A stretch of DNA of 64,000 nt from positions 128,001 to 192,000 of the forward strand of contig CAVPLT010000007.1 of NCBI GenBank assembly GCA_963706325.1. The letters run 5' to 3'. Below the pieces are notes generated by a model. The model was not told the origin of the DNA, searched no databases, and saw nothing but the letters and a program-made list of their open reading frames with translations. Shown one piece after another: positions 21,530 to 31,689 of this stretch (within the stretch, counting starts at the first letter, position 1; each line of letters opens with the position of its first letter). Source of the DNA: an uncultured Nitrospiraceae bacterium. GTDB taxonomy: Bacteria; Nitrospirota; Nitrospiria; Nitrospirales; Nitrospiraceae. Both the position numbers and the translations under genes were made by a program.

Positions 21530-21664
21530 CGCGCCGTGACGCTACGCCGCGGCGGATCTTCGCTCGGCTCTCCGCGCATGGTCTGGAATTTGGCCGGCCT
21601 GTTCGCTGTATGAGGCAATGATTGTTGACCCCAGCGCCGAAGATCATGCCAGGGCGAGACAGTG

Positions 21665-22240
21665 TTATTTCGGCGGGAAATGCGTCAACATGTCATGGAT
21701 GGCTTCGCGAAGGAGCTCCTGCCTTGCGTGCGGATCGCGGGAAGGGTCCACTTCGGCCTGGGCGATTCCCCGCCAGACAAGGCGATTCGTTTGTCCATTG
21801 ACGACATCGAGAATCAAGGTGCCTTCCTTATAAGACTGGACATCCGTGACCGTTCGACTTCCTGCCGGCCATCCTCCTCCGTATCCCGGGCGTTCTCCCA
21901 CCCCAAAACCATCGTAATGGCTGATACTGGACATATTGAGCAAATCCTTCAGCGAGGCATAATAAGAAACGTAGAAGTCCGGCTTTTCGGCATCAACTCT
22001 TCTATAGCCCTTTAACGTTAACTGGCCCTCCACCGTCCCGCGAACGCGAATATCGGTTAGGGAATTATCAAGCCGCGGGTCACCGGTCGGTTCTTGATGA
22101 CTCGCCACCCAATCAAACGTTCGGAAAGTTGAAAATTCAGCCCCTGGGTCATGGTCATAAGTCACCTTCAGAGAGGAGCAGCCGAATTGTAGAGTGATGA
22201 GTAACAGGAAAGATAAAACACGCTTCATCATTGACACCAT
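21665..22240 (-). CDS. DUF4136 domain lipoprotein
   Basis: Lipobox FGC; YDHDPGAEFSTFRTFDW; YKEGTLILDVVN...LVWRG; FPPK end. Confidence 0.85.
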   Translation of the reverse strand: MVSMMKRVLSFLLLITLQFGCSSLKVTYDHDPGAEFSTFRTFDWVASHQEPTGDPRLDNSLTDIRVRGTVEGQLTLKGYRRVDAEKPDFYVSYYASLKDLLNMSSISHYDGFGVGERPGYGGGWPAGSRTVTDVQSYKEGTLILDVVNGQTNRLVWRGIAQAEVDPSRDPHARQELLREAIHDMLTHFPPK

Positions 22241-22446
22241 TGTATCGCTTGAGATATTCCCATCGTCATGCGCATGGGCCTCCTCGAAGATTCAGCCTGT
22301 TGATCCGGTCCGTGCAGGGCGTGGAGACCTTGCATTGCGATATGGCCGACGAGAGCAGGGCCGAGAGGCGCGGACACGATACCTCACTCCTTTCTGAAAG
22401 TAAACGAGTGACGCTCCGCGAGCTCAGTTGCGGCTCCCCCGTGCAC

Positions 22447-22462
22447 CTGTTAGTTTTGACAG
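22447..22462. promoter_or_regulatory. Palindromic operator site 3 (CTGTTAGTTTTGACAG)
   Basis: Exact reverse complement of site 2; lies between divergent DUF4136 genes; TAAGAT at 22485-22490 (22-nt gap). Confidence 0.8.
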
Positions 22463-22538
22463 TCTCTGCATCTGTTTCAAACAGTAAGATTTGCCCCTCT
22501 CACCGATGGGGGGTGACGTGAAGGAGGGAGCGAGGGTT

Positions 22539-23108
22539 ATGTTGTTTGGCTGGCGGACCGGTCTGATTATCTTTATTCTCACTAGTGTCATCGGGTGTAC
22601 GAATATTGATGTCCGGACTGACTTTGATCGAACGGCGGATTTCACCAAATTTCAGACGTTCGCCTTTGAGGGCATGTCCGATCTTAATCAAACCGGTGTA
22701 TTGAGCAATAATCTTACTCGCAAACGCATTGAGACGGCCATCACGCGAGAACTGACGAATAAAGGGTTGAGGCTGGTCGGCTTGGAGCAGAGTCCGGATC
22801 TGCTCGTTCACTATTGGATTGGAATCAAAGAAAAACAAAGACTGGACACGACCGGTCCGTCCATGGGGGCCGCCTATGGCTGGCGCGGCAGGTATGGATA
22901 TGGGGCGGGCTACAGCGGTGTAACCACCTATGAATATAGGGAAGGGACCTTGATCACCGATCTCATCGAATCAACGAAGAAGGAACTGGTTTGGCGAGCC
23001 ACGACAGTGGCGAATTTGGAAGACACCACGGAAGAGAATATCGAGCTGGGCAATAAGGCGATTGCCAAAGCATTTGAAAGTTTTCCGCCCTCCAAAACTC
23101 AGCCATGA
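22539..23108 (+). CDS. DUF4136 domain lipoprotein
   Basis: Lipobox IGC; DFDRTADFTKFQTFAF; YREGTLITDLIE...LVWRA; FPP. Confidence 0.85.
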   Translation: MLFGWRTGLIIFILTSVIGCTNIDVRTDFDRTADFTKFQTFAFEGMSDLNQTGVLSNNLTRKRIETAITRELTNKGLRLVGLEQSPDLLVHYWIGIKEKQRLDTTGPSMGAAYGWRGRYGYGAGYSGVTTYEYREGTLITDLIESTKKELVWRATTVANLEDTTEENIELGNKAIAKAFESFPPSKTQP

Positions 23109-23148
23109 GGAGGGCTTGGACAGAGTCATTTTATTCGAGGAGGACGAG

Positions 23149-23889
23149 ATGAGAAAGTCATTGAAAGAGTGGGGTCAATTTGGTCGCCGTTTACTCATGA
23201 TCGCGGTCGTCATGGGATTCGTGTCCATGGGTACGACGCAATTGGCGTGTGCCGATGATGTGGAAAATATGAAGGAGGCTGAGCTGATTCTTAACAGTGC
23301 CCTGGAGACGTGGCAGAACTTCACGGACGACCCGGCCAATTCCGGTTTCCGTGCCCATGTCAAGGAAGTTAAAGGAGTGTTGATCCTTCCCAAGCTCCTC
23401 AAGGGGGCTTTTCTGTTCGGTCTTGAAGCGGGAAACGGCGTGTTACTTGCTCGGGACGAAAAAACCAACACGTGGAGCGAGCCGGCTTTCTATGAGACCA
23501 CGACCGTCGGCTTCGGTTTGCAAGCGGGTGTAGAGAACACGGAATCGGTACTTCTCATCCAGACGGTGGAAGGAATCGAAAGCTTGATGAGCAATAGTTT
23601 CAAATTCGGCGGAGATGTGTCGGCGGCCCTCGGCTCGCAGGGCACCGGCATGGAGGGCTCTACCTCGGCCAATCTCGGAAAAGATTTCGTCACGTATTCC
23701 AGAACGAGCGGCTTGTTCGCCGGTGTGTCGGTTGAAGGCGCCTCCATAAGAACGCGAGATGATCTGAATAAATCCTATTACGGGTCCGCCGTGAGACCGA
23801 CCGGCATCCTGACCGTTCGGGATGTTAAACCGAATCCCCGATCACAGGCACTTCATGACGCAGTGGTGAACGTTGCCGGTGGAAAGTAG
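23149..23889 (+). CDS. Lipid-binding SYLF domain protein, exported
   Basis: GAFLFGLEAGNGVL, WSEPAF, GFGLQAG, YSRTSGLFAGVSVEGA. Confidence 0.88.
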   Translation: MRKSLKEWGQFGRRLLMIAVVMGFVSMGTTQLACADDVENMKEAELILNSALETWQNFTDDPANSGFRAHVKEVKGVLILPKLLKGAFLFGLEAGNGVLLARDEKTNTWSEPAFYETTTVGFGLQAGVENTESVLLIQTVEGIESLMSNSFKFGGDVSAALGSQGTGMEGSTSANLGKDFVTYSRTSGLFAGVSVEGASIRTRDDLNKSYYGSAVRPTGILTVRDVKPNPRSQALHDAVVNVAGGK

Positions 23890-24003
23890 CAGTTGCAAAG
23901 GGACAGCGTTGATTCTTAGGAGAACGACCGATATGGCCGCGGGCAGTAAGCGGAACATGATGCGCGTGGCCGGCATCTGCGCCTCAAGATAAAGGAGACC
24001 GGC

Positions 24004-24447
24004 ATGAAATTCTCGGGCATGATGCAGGGTCTCGTACTGATAGCGGCGATCGGGCAGGCCTTGACGGCTTGCAGCACGGTGGAGCAGGCCCCTGCTTCAC
24101 CGTTAGAGGAGGTCGCAGTGACAGATTTCCACAACGTGGCAGGGAATTGGGAAGGTGTGCTGGTGCAGTCTCCGCCGGCCCGATCACGATATGACGATTG
24201 GGTCCGTCTCACTATTAAGGAAGATGGAGCGTTTCATTTTGAAGCGTACCGCACCATCGGAGTATTCAGCGGAGCGGGTCAGTTCACGCTGGACCAGGGC
24301 GCACTCCTCGCTAAATCAGAGAAAGGCAGGATTTCTGCTCGACTCTACCGGCATGCCGGCCAGCGTGATCGACGCTTGAAGGCTGAAGGGACATCGGGAG
24401 ATGGGATCACCTACTACGCTGACCTGACCCCCGCCCGCCGACGCTAG
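24004..24447 (+). CDS. Putative lipoprotein
   Basis: AAGGAG RBS; lipobox LTAC; small beta-rich domain. Confidence 0.7.
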   Translation: MKFSGMMQGLVLIAAIGQALTACSTVEQAPASPLEEVAVTDFHNVAGNWEGVLVQSPPARSRYDDWVRLTIKEDGAFHFEAYRTIGVFSGAGQFTLDQGALLAKSEKGRISARLYRHAGQRDRRLKAEGTSGDGITYYADLTPARRR

Positions 24448-24842
24448 TGGTATGTTCGAGGCAGTGCAGACGGCTGCGGAACGACCGCAAAATATGTTCG
24501 GTGGCGCTCACCTTCGTAAACCCCTTTCAGCATGACGACCTTCTGCTCGCGGACTGCGGAGTAATCCCCTCCCATCCACTATGCGGCGTGGGTCTGACCA
24601 TGTCGCGACTGCTGAATCCGGTCAGGATTCAGGAAATACTTGTTTATGAAGGAACAAGCATGCGAGAGCACCAGTCATGAATGACTGGTCCGAGTAGCAG
24701 TATTAAGCTTCGGTAAAATGCTACCGCGGCCATTGCAAATCGTCCCAGCTTCGCCCTATGCTGGTGCCCACGTCGCGTTCTGGCAGGCTATTTCGTCGGT
24801 AGCGCGGTGCGGAACCACGACTGAGCAAGTTCGCGTGATGCT

Positions 24843-26735
24843 ATGCGACCAAGCCAACCTCAGAAGCGCAAGTTTGCCCTTGTTCTACCACGCTGTGCGT
24901 CTTCCAGCTTGAGCGTGGTGAGAAAACCGCAGCACCTTCAATCAATCATCGATGCCTATCCGGTCTCTGTCGTCGTCATCGACGAACAGAAAGTGATCCG
25001 GTATGTCAACGCGGCCTGGCGCCGGTTTGCCGATCAATACGGCTGTCAGGCTCATTCATTTGGAATTGGACTCCCTTATCTACAGGTCTGCCGGAAGTCT
25101 AAAGGTCGGCTCGGCAGTGCCGGACGGCCAATCGCGAAGGGAATTGAGCGTCTGTTTTCAGGGGCTATCGAAGAATTTTCACATGAATATGCATGTGGCC
25201 CGGCCGCAAAACGCCTACGGTTCATGTCGAATGGACGCTGCTTTGCCGAGGGACGAACCCTCGCCCGCCGCGTCCTGTTGATACATCAATCGGTCGCACC
25301 AGCCAAACGCGCCATCGAGTTAATTAAGAGACGGGAGAGCAGCCTCAAAAAGTTGTTGGAGTCGACTCCGTTTGTCCCGTGGGAGGCAGATGCCAAAACG
25401 TGGCGCTTCACGTATGTTGGCCCTCAAGTCCAGGCGTTGCTGGGATATCCTCGTGCGGAGTGGTACGAGCCGAATTTTTGGATTACTCACCTGTATGCCG
25501 AAGATAGTGAGCGGACAATAAAGGCATACCAGGAGCTGGTGACCAACCGATCGCACTACGAACTCAAGTACCGAATGGTGTCGAAATCCGGACGGCCGGT
25601 ATGGTTGCGCAATTTTGTGATCGTGGATGGAAGGCATGGGAAGTCCAGAGTGTTCCGAGGCTTTTTCTGCGATGTGACCGCAGACGCGCAAGTGCAAGAA
25701 CGCGACACCTTGCTGCGTATGTTATCCGAGTCCATCGACGAAATCTTTTGGTTTGTGGGGCTGAACCCTTTACGCTTTATTTATCTCAGCCCCGCCGTCG
25801 AGCGGATCATGGGACGGGAAGCAGGTCAATTCTATAGCCGTGACGATTTTTGGTTACAGTGCATCCATGAAGAAGATCGCCAGCGGGTGCAGGAAGCCTT
25901 CTCCGGTTGGTTGAATGGAACATTTGCTGAGTACAAGGTTGAATTCAGAATCGTATTGCCCGATGGCCGGATTCGGTGGCTTGCTGACCATGGCGCATTG
26001 GTCTATGACGGCGGTGGACGTACAAGCTTTGCGACCGGCGTCGCCAAGGACATCACCGCAGAAAAGCAGAATAAAGAAAATTCGCGTCGGTTAAGTGGCC
26101 AGTTGATTTCTGCCCAAGAAGAGGAGCGCAAACGGATCGCGCGTGAGTTACATGACAATGTGAGTCAGGGATTGAGCCTGCTGACCGTCGAGTTGGAACA
26201 GTTGTGTCGACATCAGGACGCCACGTCACACCAACAGGATGCCCTGGCTGCCATGAAACGGCAACTGAAAGTTCTGTCGTCGGACGTCCATGCATTGTCG
26301 CATCAATTGCATCCAGAAAAACTCAAGCACCTTGGACTGGTGTCCGCTATGCGGGCCATGTGCCGAGATGTAGATCGGGCCGGGCTGAGGGTACATTTCG
26401 CTGACCATAGAATTCCACGCCAGGTGCACGACGATATATCCCTCACCCTCTATCGCGTCATGCAAGAGGGGTTGCATAACGTGAGAAAACACAGCGGGAC
26501 CAGCGAAGTTGAGGCAGACTTGTCGAAAGTCTCAAACGCTTTGATTCTTCGTCTGCGTGACCATGGTAGAGGGTTTGATCGGAGCAAGGCGGAATCCGCC
26601 GGAGGGCTCGGATTATCGAGCATGCGGGAACGGCTCTCCTCGGTAGGGGGATCGCTGCTCATCCAATCTGCTCCCGGTGAAGGCACCCTGCTTGAAGCCA
26701 GGGTGCCATTGTTCGATGATGGGCTCCTTTCGTAA
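24843..26735 (+). CDS. Soluble PAS-PAS-PAS sensor histidine kinase, HisKA_3 (NarX/UhpB/NreB class)
   Basis: Three PAS folds; QEEERKRIARELHD H-box; LYRVMQEGLHNVRKHS; DHGRGF; GLGLSSMRER; no TM helix; start could be GTG 24915. Confidence 0.92.
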   Translation: MRPSQPQKRKFALVLPRCASSSLSVVRKPQHLQSIIDAYPVSVVVIDEQKVIRYVNAAWRRFADQYGCQAHSFGIGLPYLQVCRKSKGRLGSAGRPIAKGIERLFSGAIEEFSHEYACGPAAKRLRFMSNGRCFAEGRTLARRVLLIHQSVAPAKRAIELIKRRESSLKKLLESTPFVPWEADAKTWRFTYVGPQVQALLGYPRAEWYEPNFWITHLYAEDSERTIKAYQELVTNRSHYELKYRMVSKSGRPVWLRNFVIVDGRHGKSRVFRGFFCDVTADAQVQERDTLLRMLSESIDEIFWFVGLNPLRFIYLSPAVERIMGREAGQFYSRDDFWLQCIHEEDRQRVQEAFSGWLNGTFAEYKVEFRIVLPDGRIRWLADHGALVYDGGGRTSFATGVAKDITAEKQNKENSRRLSGQLISAQEEERKRIARELHDNVSQGLSLLTVELEQLCRHQDATSHQQDALAAMKRQLKVLSSDVHALSHQLHPEKLKHLGLVSAMRAMCRDVDRAGLRVHFADHRIPRQVHDDISLTLYRVMQEGLHNVRKHSGTSEVEADLSKVSNALILRLRDHGRGFDRSKAESAGGLGLSSMRERLSSVGGSLLIQSAPGEGTLLEARVPLFDDGLLS

Positions 26736-26742
26736 GGATGAC

Positions 26743-27396
26743 ATGAATAATCTCCGGTTGCTTCTTGCCGACGACCACCTCCTGCTCCTCGATGCGTTCA
26801 AGCGTTTACTTGAGGAACGGTATGACGTCATCGGGACGGCGGTCAACGGTCTGGAGCTGGTTACGTCGGCAATTCGTTTGAAGCCGGACATCATTATCGC
26901 CGATGTGGCCATGCCTCTTCAAAACGGATTGGACGCGGTCAAGCGTGTGAAGAGGTTTCTACCGCATGTCAGAATCATTATCTTGACTGCCATCGAAGAT
27001 CCGGACCTCGCCCAGCGCGCGCTCTCTTCCGGTGTTTCCGGGTATCTGCTGAAGAGCTCCGCAGCCGCGGAATTGTTCGAGGCGCTGCAGGCTGTCTGCT
27101 CTGGCCGACTCTATGTGTCGGGGTCTATTGCCAAGATGCTTGAGGATTGCTCCGCAACCGGCCGAAAAAAACAATCCCCGGAACGAACCCTTAGCGCCCG
27201 TCAGCGTCAGGTCCTGCAATTGTTGGCTGAAGGACATACCATGAAGCAGGCGGCGGCGGAGTTGGGGGTCACGCCGCGTACGATCGCGTTTCACAAATAT
27301 CATGTTATGAAGCTGTTTCGAATGAACTCCAACTCCCAGCTGATCCAGTTGGCTCTGACTGAGCGTCTAATCTCAAATCCCCCTCAATCCTGTTAG
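26743..27396 (+). CDS. NarL/FixJ family DNA-binding response regulator (REC + LuxR-type HTH)
   Basis: LLADDH, DVAMP, GYLLK; LSARQRQVLQLLAEGHTMKQAAAELGVTPRTIAFHK. Confidence 0.93.
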   Translation: MNNLRLLLADDHLLLLDAFKRLLEERYDVIGTAVNGLELVTSAIRLKPDIIIADVAMPLQNGLDAVKRVKRFLPHVRIIILTAIEDPDLAQRALSSGVSGYLLKSSAAAELFEALQAVCSGRLYVSGSIAKMLEDCSATGRKKQSPERTLSARQRQVLQLLAEGHTMKQAAAELGVTPRTIAFHKYHVMKLFRMNSNSQLIQLALTERLISNPPQSC

Positions 27397-27405
27397 TTTT
27401 GACAG
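27390..27405. promoter_or_regulatory. Palindromic operator site 4 (CTGTTAGTTTTGACAG), overlapping the regulator stop codon
   Basis: Identical to site 3; TAATGT at 27429-27434 (23-nt gap). Confidence 0.8.
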
Positions 27406-27470
27406 TTCCACATAGTCGGCATTGTGCGTAATGTGTCAGGACATCCACTGATCACATACAAAGGTGCAAT

Positions 27471-27927
27471 GTGTGCGCTTCGTTCCGGATTCCTGCTACT
27501 CCGGGGCCGGGAAACAAAGAGGTTCGGCCTCGGCCCAGCGTCGTACTGGCCGACGACAATGCTTTGTTGCTGGATCGAGTAGCAAACCTGCTCGCTGAAG
27601 ATTTCGATGTCGTGGGCCTGGTGTCAAATGGCCGCGATTTGCTGGAGTTTGTCGACCGCTGCCATCCGGACCTGATCGTGTCCGATATTACGATGCCGTA
27701 TGTGGACGGGTTAGAAGTGGCACGCCAACTTCATGAGCGCCGGCGCGACCAGCAAAATCATCTTTCTAACCGTACACGACGATTCGGATTATCTACGGGA
27801 GAGCTTCTTAGTCGGGGCGATGGGATACGTCATTAAAGACAGACTTATTCCAGACCTGCTGCAAGCCATGCATGAAGTCCTGGCAGGACGGCCTTATGTG
27901 TCGGCCTCACCGAATCTACGCCTCTAA
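27471..27927 (+). pseudogene. Receiver-only response regulator with a +1 frameshift near 27735-27738
   Basis: VVLADDN...SDITMPYVDGLEVARQLHE in one frame; AGATSKIIFLTVHDD...GYVIK in the next. Confidence 0.8.
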
Positions 27928-27958
27928 CGGTGCACATTTCTCCTCCGGCGGTACGCAC

Positions 27959-27974
27959 CTGTCACTTTTGACAG
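27959..27974. promoter_or_regulatory. Palindromic operator site 5 (CTGTCACTTTTGACAG) upstream of the Rieske-nirK-cytochrome b operon
   Basis: Intergenic; TAGCAT at 27998-28003 (23-nt gap). Confidence 0.8.
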
Positions 27975-28063
27975 TATATATCTGCCCTGCGGACTTGTAG
28001 CATTGGCTGCAATTTTCAGGGGGACCACCGTCCTTATCATCCTTAGGGAGACGCAGGTGATCC

Positions 28064-28612
28064 ATGCCAGATACTCATGAGAACGTCACACATCCAGAGG
28101 CAATCTTTACACCCCAAGGCTCACGACGGCGGTTTTTTCAATGGGTCACGAGGGGAGTGATGGGTATCATTGGATTTGCCGTAGGCATTCCGCTGATCGC
28201 GTATGTCGTGTCTCCTGCCCTCACGCGTCGCGAAAAAACCTGGGTTGATGTCGGAGGCGTGAACGAAGTGTCGGTTGACGAACCATCGCAACTTGAGTAC
28301 ATCGCGACCATTCGTGACGGGTATGTGGAAACCAAGACTCAGAAAGCGATATGGGCGATCAAACAGTCGGACGGACAGGTTACCGCCTTTTCTCCAATGT
28401 GCACGCACCTCGGATGCGGGTATACATGGGATAGAGGGGATAAGCATTTCAAGTGTCCCTGCCACGGCAGTGTGTTCGATGCCTCGGGGCATGTCCTAGC
28501 CGGCCCGGCGCCACGGAGCTTGGACCGGCTGCCGTCCAAAGTGGAGAATGGACGGCTCTTGGTTATCTACAAAGATTTCAAATCAGGCGTCCGGGAACAG
28601 ACCGAATTGTAA
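28064..28612 (+). CDS. qcrA: Rieske 2Fe-2S subunit of a Rieske/cytochrome b complex
   Basis: Tat-like SRRRFF plus TM; CTHLGC and CPCHGS boxes; GPAPRSL. Confidence 0.92.
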   Translation: MPDTHENVTHPEAIFTPQGSRRRFFQWVTRGVMGIIGFAVGIPLIAYVVSPALTRREKTWVDVGGVNEVSVDEPSQLEYIATIRDGYVETKTQKAIWAIKQSDGQVTAFSPMCTHLGCGYTWDRGDKHFKCPCHGSVFDASGHVLAGPAPRSLDRLPSKVENGRLLVIYKDFKSGVREQTEL

Positions 28613-28657
28613 ACAAATGAAATGTTCGAGAGAAAGACAACTCAGGGGGAGGACAAT

Positions 28658-30157
28658 ATGGATGTACGCGCCTTAGAGATCCGGGTCCGGAGGTTCACGG
28701 CAATCCTGGTTGTCGTCTTCGCCGTGGGGATTGGTGATCGATCCGCACTTTCGGCGACGCCCTCTACGAAGGGAGACCAGAAAACCGGAACCACCACGGC
28801 GAAATCCAGCCGTGCTCCCACGTCAATGCTGAAGGCGGTCCTGACCGACGCGCCGCATGTTCCTCCTCCGATCACACGTAAGCAACCTGCGAAGCTCATT
28901 GTGGAATTGGAGGTTACGGAGGTCGATCTTCCCATCTCCGAGGGAGTGGAGTACACGTTCTGGACCTTTGGGGGGAAGGTGCCGGGAAAGTTTATCCGTG
29001 TGCGGCAGGGCGACACGGTGGAGTTTCATCTCATGAACCATCCCGACAGCAGATTTCCGCACAACATTGACCTCCACGCCGTGACCGGTCCGGGAGGTGG
29101 AGCAGCCAGCAGCAATACGGCACCAGGGCGCCAGACGCAGTTCACCTTTCAGGCCCTCAACCCCGGCCTCTATGTCTATCACTGCGCGACCGCACCGGTC
29201 GGTGAACATGTGGCCAATGGAATGTATGGCCTGATTTTAGTCGAACCGACAGCGGGGTTGGCTCCGGTCGACCGGGAATACTATGTGCTCCAAAGCGATT
29301 TCTACACCGCGGGAAATTATCGCGAGCAGGGACACCAGGCCTTTGATATGACCAAAGCCATCGATGAACATGCGACCTATGTCGTATTTAACGGGGCCGA
29401 AGGAGCGTTGCTGGGCGAACATGCGCTCAAGGCCAAGGTTGGAGAGCGTGTACGTCTGTTCGTCGGGAACGGCGGACCGAACCTCGTGTCGAGCTTTCAT
29501 GTGATCGGCGAAATCTTCGATCGCGTATACCCCGAAGCCGGAATGCGTCCTCAGGAACAGGTCCAAACGACGCTTGTTCCAGCGGGCGGCGCTGCCATTG
29601 TCGAGTTCAAGGTTGAGGTTCCCGGCTCCTATAAGCTGGTGGATCACTCTATTTTGCGCGCGTTCAATAAAGGCGCCCTGGGAGAGCTAAAGGTCGAAGG
29701 GCCGGAGAACACATCGGTGTACTCAGGTAAGCAGGTCGAATCTGATTACAATGCGGCGAAATCCCTTGGCGTCCACACGGCGGCATCAATGACCCCTAAA
29801 GCGCCTCCCACGGATGATCCATCTGCACGTCTCGTTGCAGGGGGGACCCTGTACAAGACCTATTGCATGGGGTGTCATCAGGCAGAAGGACAGGGACTGC
29901 AAGGAACGTTTCCGCCGCTAGCGAAGTCGGACTACTTGACGGACAAGTCACGCGCAATCGAAGCGATCGTCAATGGTCTGACCGGGGGCATCGATGTGAA
30001 TGGGCAGCGCTACAACGGAGTCATGCCGCCAATGGGGCATCTGAAGGACGATCAGATCGCCGACATCTTGAGCTACGTTCGCCACTCGTGGGGAAATGAC
30101 GGAGAGGCCGTGTCGGCGGCGGAGGTGGCAGCGGTGCGGGCGAAAACCTCGCATTGA
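28658..30157 (+). CDS. nirK: Copper-containing nitrite reductase with C-terminal cytochrome c domain
   Basis: [23 protein letters not shown] and LVDHS Cu-ligand motifs; C-terminal CMGCH with MPPM. Confidence 0.95.
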   Translation: MDVRALEIRVRRFTAILVVVFAVGIGDRSALSATPSTKGDQKTGTTTAKSSRAPTSMLKAVLTDAPHVPPPITRKQPAKLIVELEVTEVDLPISEGVEYTFWTFGGKVPGKFIRVRQGDTVEFHLMNHPDSRFPHNIDLHAVTGPGGGAASSNTAPGRQTQFTFQALNPGLYVYHCATAPVGEHVANGMYGLILVEPTAGLAPVDREYYVLQSDFYTAGNYREQGHQAFDMTKAIDEHATYVVFNGAEGALLGEHALKAKVGERVRLFVGNGGPNLVSSFHVIGEIFDRVYPEAGMRPQEQVQTTLVPAGGAAIVEFKVEVPGSYKLVDHSILRAFNKGALGELKVEGPENTSVYSGKQVESDYNAAKSLGVHTAASMTPKAPPTDDPSARLVAGGTLYKTYCMGCHQAEGQGLQGTFPPLAKSDYLTDKSRAIEAIVNGLTGGIDVNGQRYNGVMPPMGHLKDDQIADILSYVRHSWGNDGEAVSAAEVAAVRAKTSH

Positions 30158-30233
30158 GGCGTGGTCTTTTCTCGGGTCATGCTGAGGAGAGTGTTGAGGG
30201 GCGGAGAAACGACCGGCATCCCGGAGGGTCACG

Positions 30234-31559
30234 ATGGCGTCCCGCATATACGAGTGGTTTGACAGCCGCTTGAACTTGAAAGCGATGCAGAAAACGCTGC
30301 TGGACGAAGCGATTCCCGGCGGCGCCAGCTGGATCTATGTGTTCGGGTCTGCCACGCTCTTTATCTTCGGGCTCCAAGCCCTCACCGGGATGTTTCTGGC
30401 CCTCTATTACGCTCCGACGCCAGACCACGCGTATGACAGCGTGCAATTCATCGAAAACCAGGTGACATTCGGCTGGTTCGTGCGCGGCCTGCACCACTGG
30501 GGCGCCTCGGGGATGATCATTGCCGTGGGTCTGCACATGCTGCAAGTTTTCTTGTACGGTGCCTACAAACCGCCGCGCGAACTGATGTGGATGGTGGGCG
30601 TGGTGTTGCTGCTGATCGTCCTGGCCTTTGCGTTCACCGGTTATCTCTTGCCTTGGGACCAGACTGCCTACTGGGCCACGCAGGTCGGGATCAACATGGT
30701 CGGCACGGTGCCCCTGGTGGGTGATGTGCTCATTAAAGTGTTGCGCGGCGGCGAGACGCTGGGGATGCTCACCCTTTCACGGTTTTTTGCCGTGCATGTC
30801 TTGTTTCTTCCGGCGGTGATCGTCACAGGAATTGCGCTCCACCTGATCATACTCCGGCTGGTGGGACCGGCCGGTCCGTGGGATGAACGGAAAGCGGCGT
30901 CGCGCCGTGAAACTTTCTACCCCCGGCAGGTCTATATGGACGCCGTGGTGATGCTCTGTGTCTTTCTTGGGTTGGCGGCATTGGCGACGTGGGCGCCGTT
31001 CCCGCTAGCGGATAGGGCCAATCCGTCCGACACCAGCTTCGTGCCGGTGCCGGAATGGTACTTTCTCTTTTACTATGAGCTACTCAAACACATTCACGGA
31101 CCCTTTGAGCCTTTGGTCACATGGGTCTTGCCGATCGTGTTCGTGCTCATTGTCCTCTTCTGGCCATTGCTCGATTGGAAGAAAACAGTCCGGGCTCCGG
31201 CGTCGCGTCCCATCGGAATGGCGCTCGGCGTTGTGTTTCTGCTGATTGTGTTCTCACTGCTGGGCGTATCCTTGAAAAATCTGTACGCGGTGAAGCGCGT
31301 GGATCCAGGGATAGCGCACGGCAAGGCGCTCTATACCCAGTTCGGCTGTGCGGGGTGCCATCGGATTCATGGGGAGGGCGGGGCCTTGGCGCCGGACTTG
31401 TCCTACGTTGGTGATGTGCGTCCCGATCGCGAATGGCACGTGACACACTTGCGCGATCCCCAGGCTGTTTCACCCGGAAGCATCATGCCGAAGTTTCCTC
31501 TGACAGAGCCGGAATTGAATGACCTGACAAGCTATATGCTGAGTCTTAGACGCTCTTGA
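30234..31559 (+). CDS. qcrB: Cytochrome b (b6-like plus subunit IV) fused to a C-terminal c-type cytochrome
   Basis: RGLHHWGAS, LHMLQVF, FTGYLLPWDQ, FFAVHVLFLP, LHL, PEWYF; C-terminal CAGCH...GSIMP. Confidence 0.92.
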   Translation: MASRIYEWFDSRLNLKAMQKTLLDEAIPGGASWIYVFGSATLFIFGLQALTGMFLALYYAPTPDHAYDSVQFIENQVTFGWFVRGLHHWGASGMIIAVGLHMLQVFLYGAYKPPRELMWMVGVVLLLIVLAFAFTGYLLPWDQTAYWATQVGINMVGTVPLVGDVLIKVLRGGETLGMLTLSRFFAVHVLFLPAVIVTGIALHLIILRLVGPAGPWDERKAASRRETFYPRQVYMDAVVMLCVFLGLAALATWAPFPLADRANPSDTSFVPVPEWYFLFYYELLKHIHGPFEPLVTWVLPIVFVLIVLFWPLLDWKKTVRAPASRPIGMALGVVFLLIVFSLLGVSLKNLYAVKRVDPGIAHGKALYTQFGCAGCHRIHGEGGALAPDLSYVGDVRPDREWHVTHLRDPQAVSPGSIMPKFPLTEPELNDLTSYMLSLRRS

Positions 31560-31689
31560 CTTGATAGCCAATGGAGGACGATTTTTGGAACGAATGCGCC
31601 GGGAGGGTAGGCGAAAAGCAAAGGGCGCTGCATCCAAGCCCGCTCGCGCGCGTGCGCAGACCGGCATGAAAGCGCTGCCTCAGGCGGGA

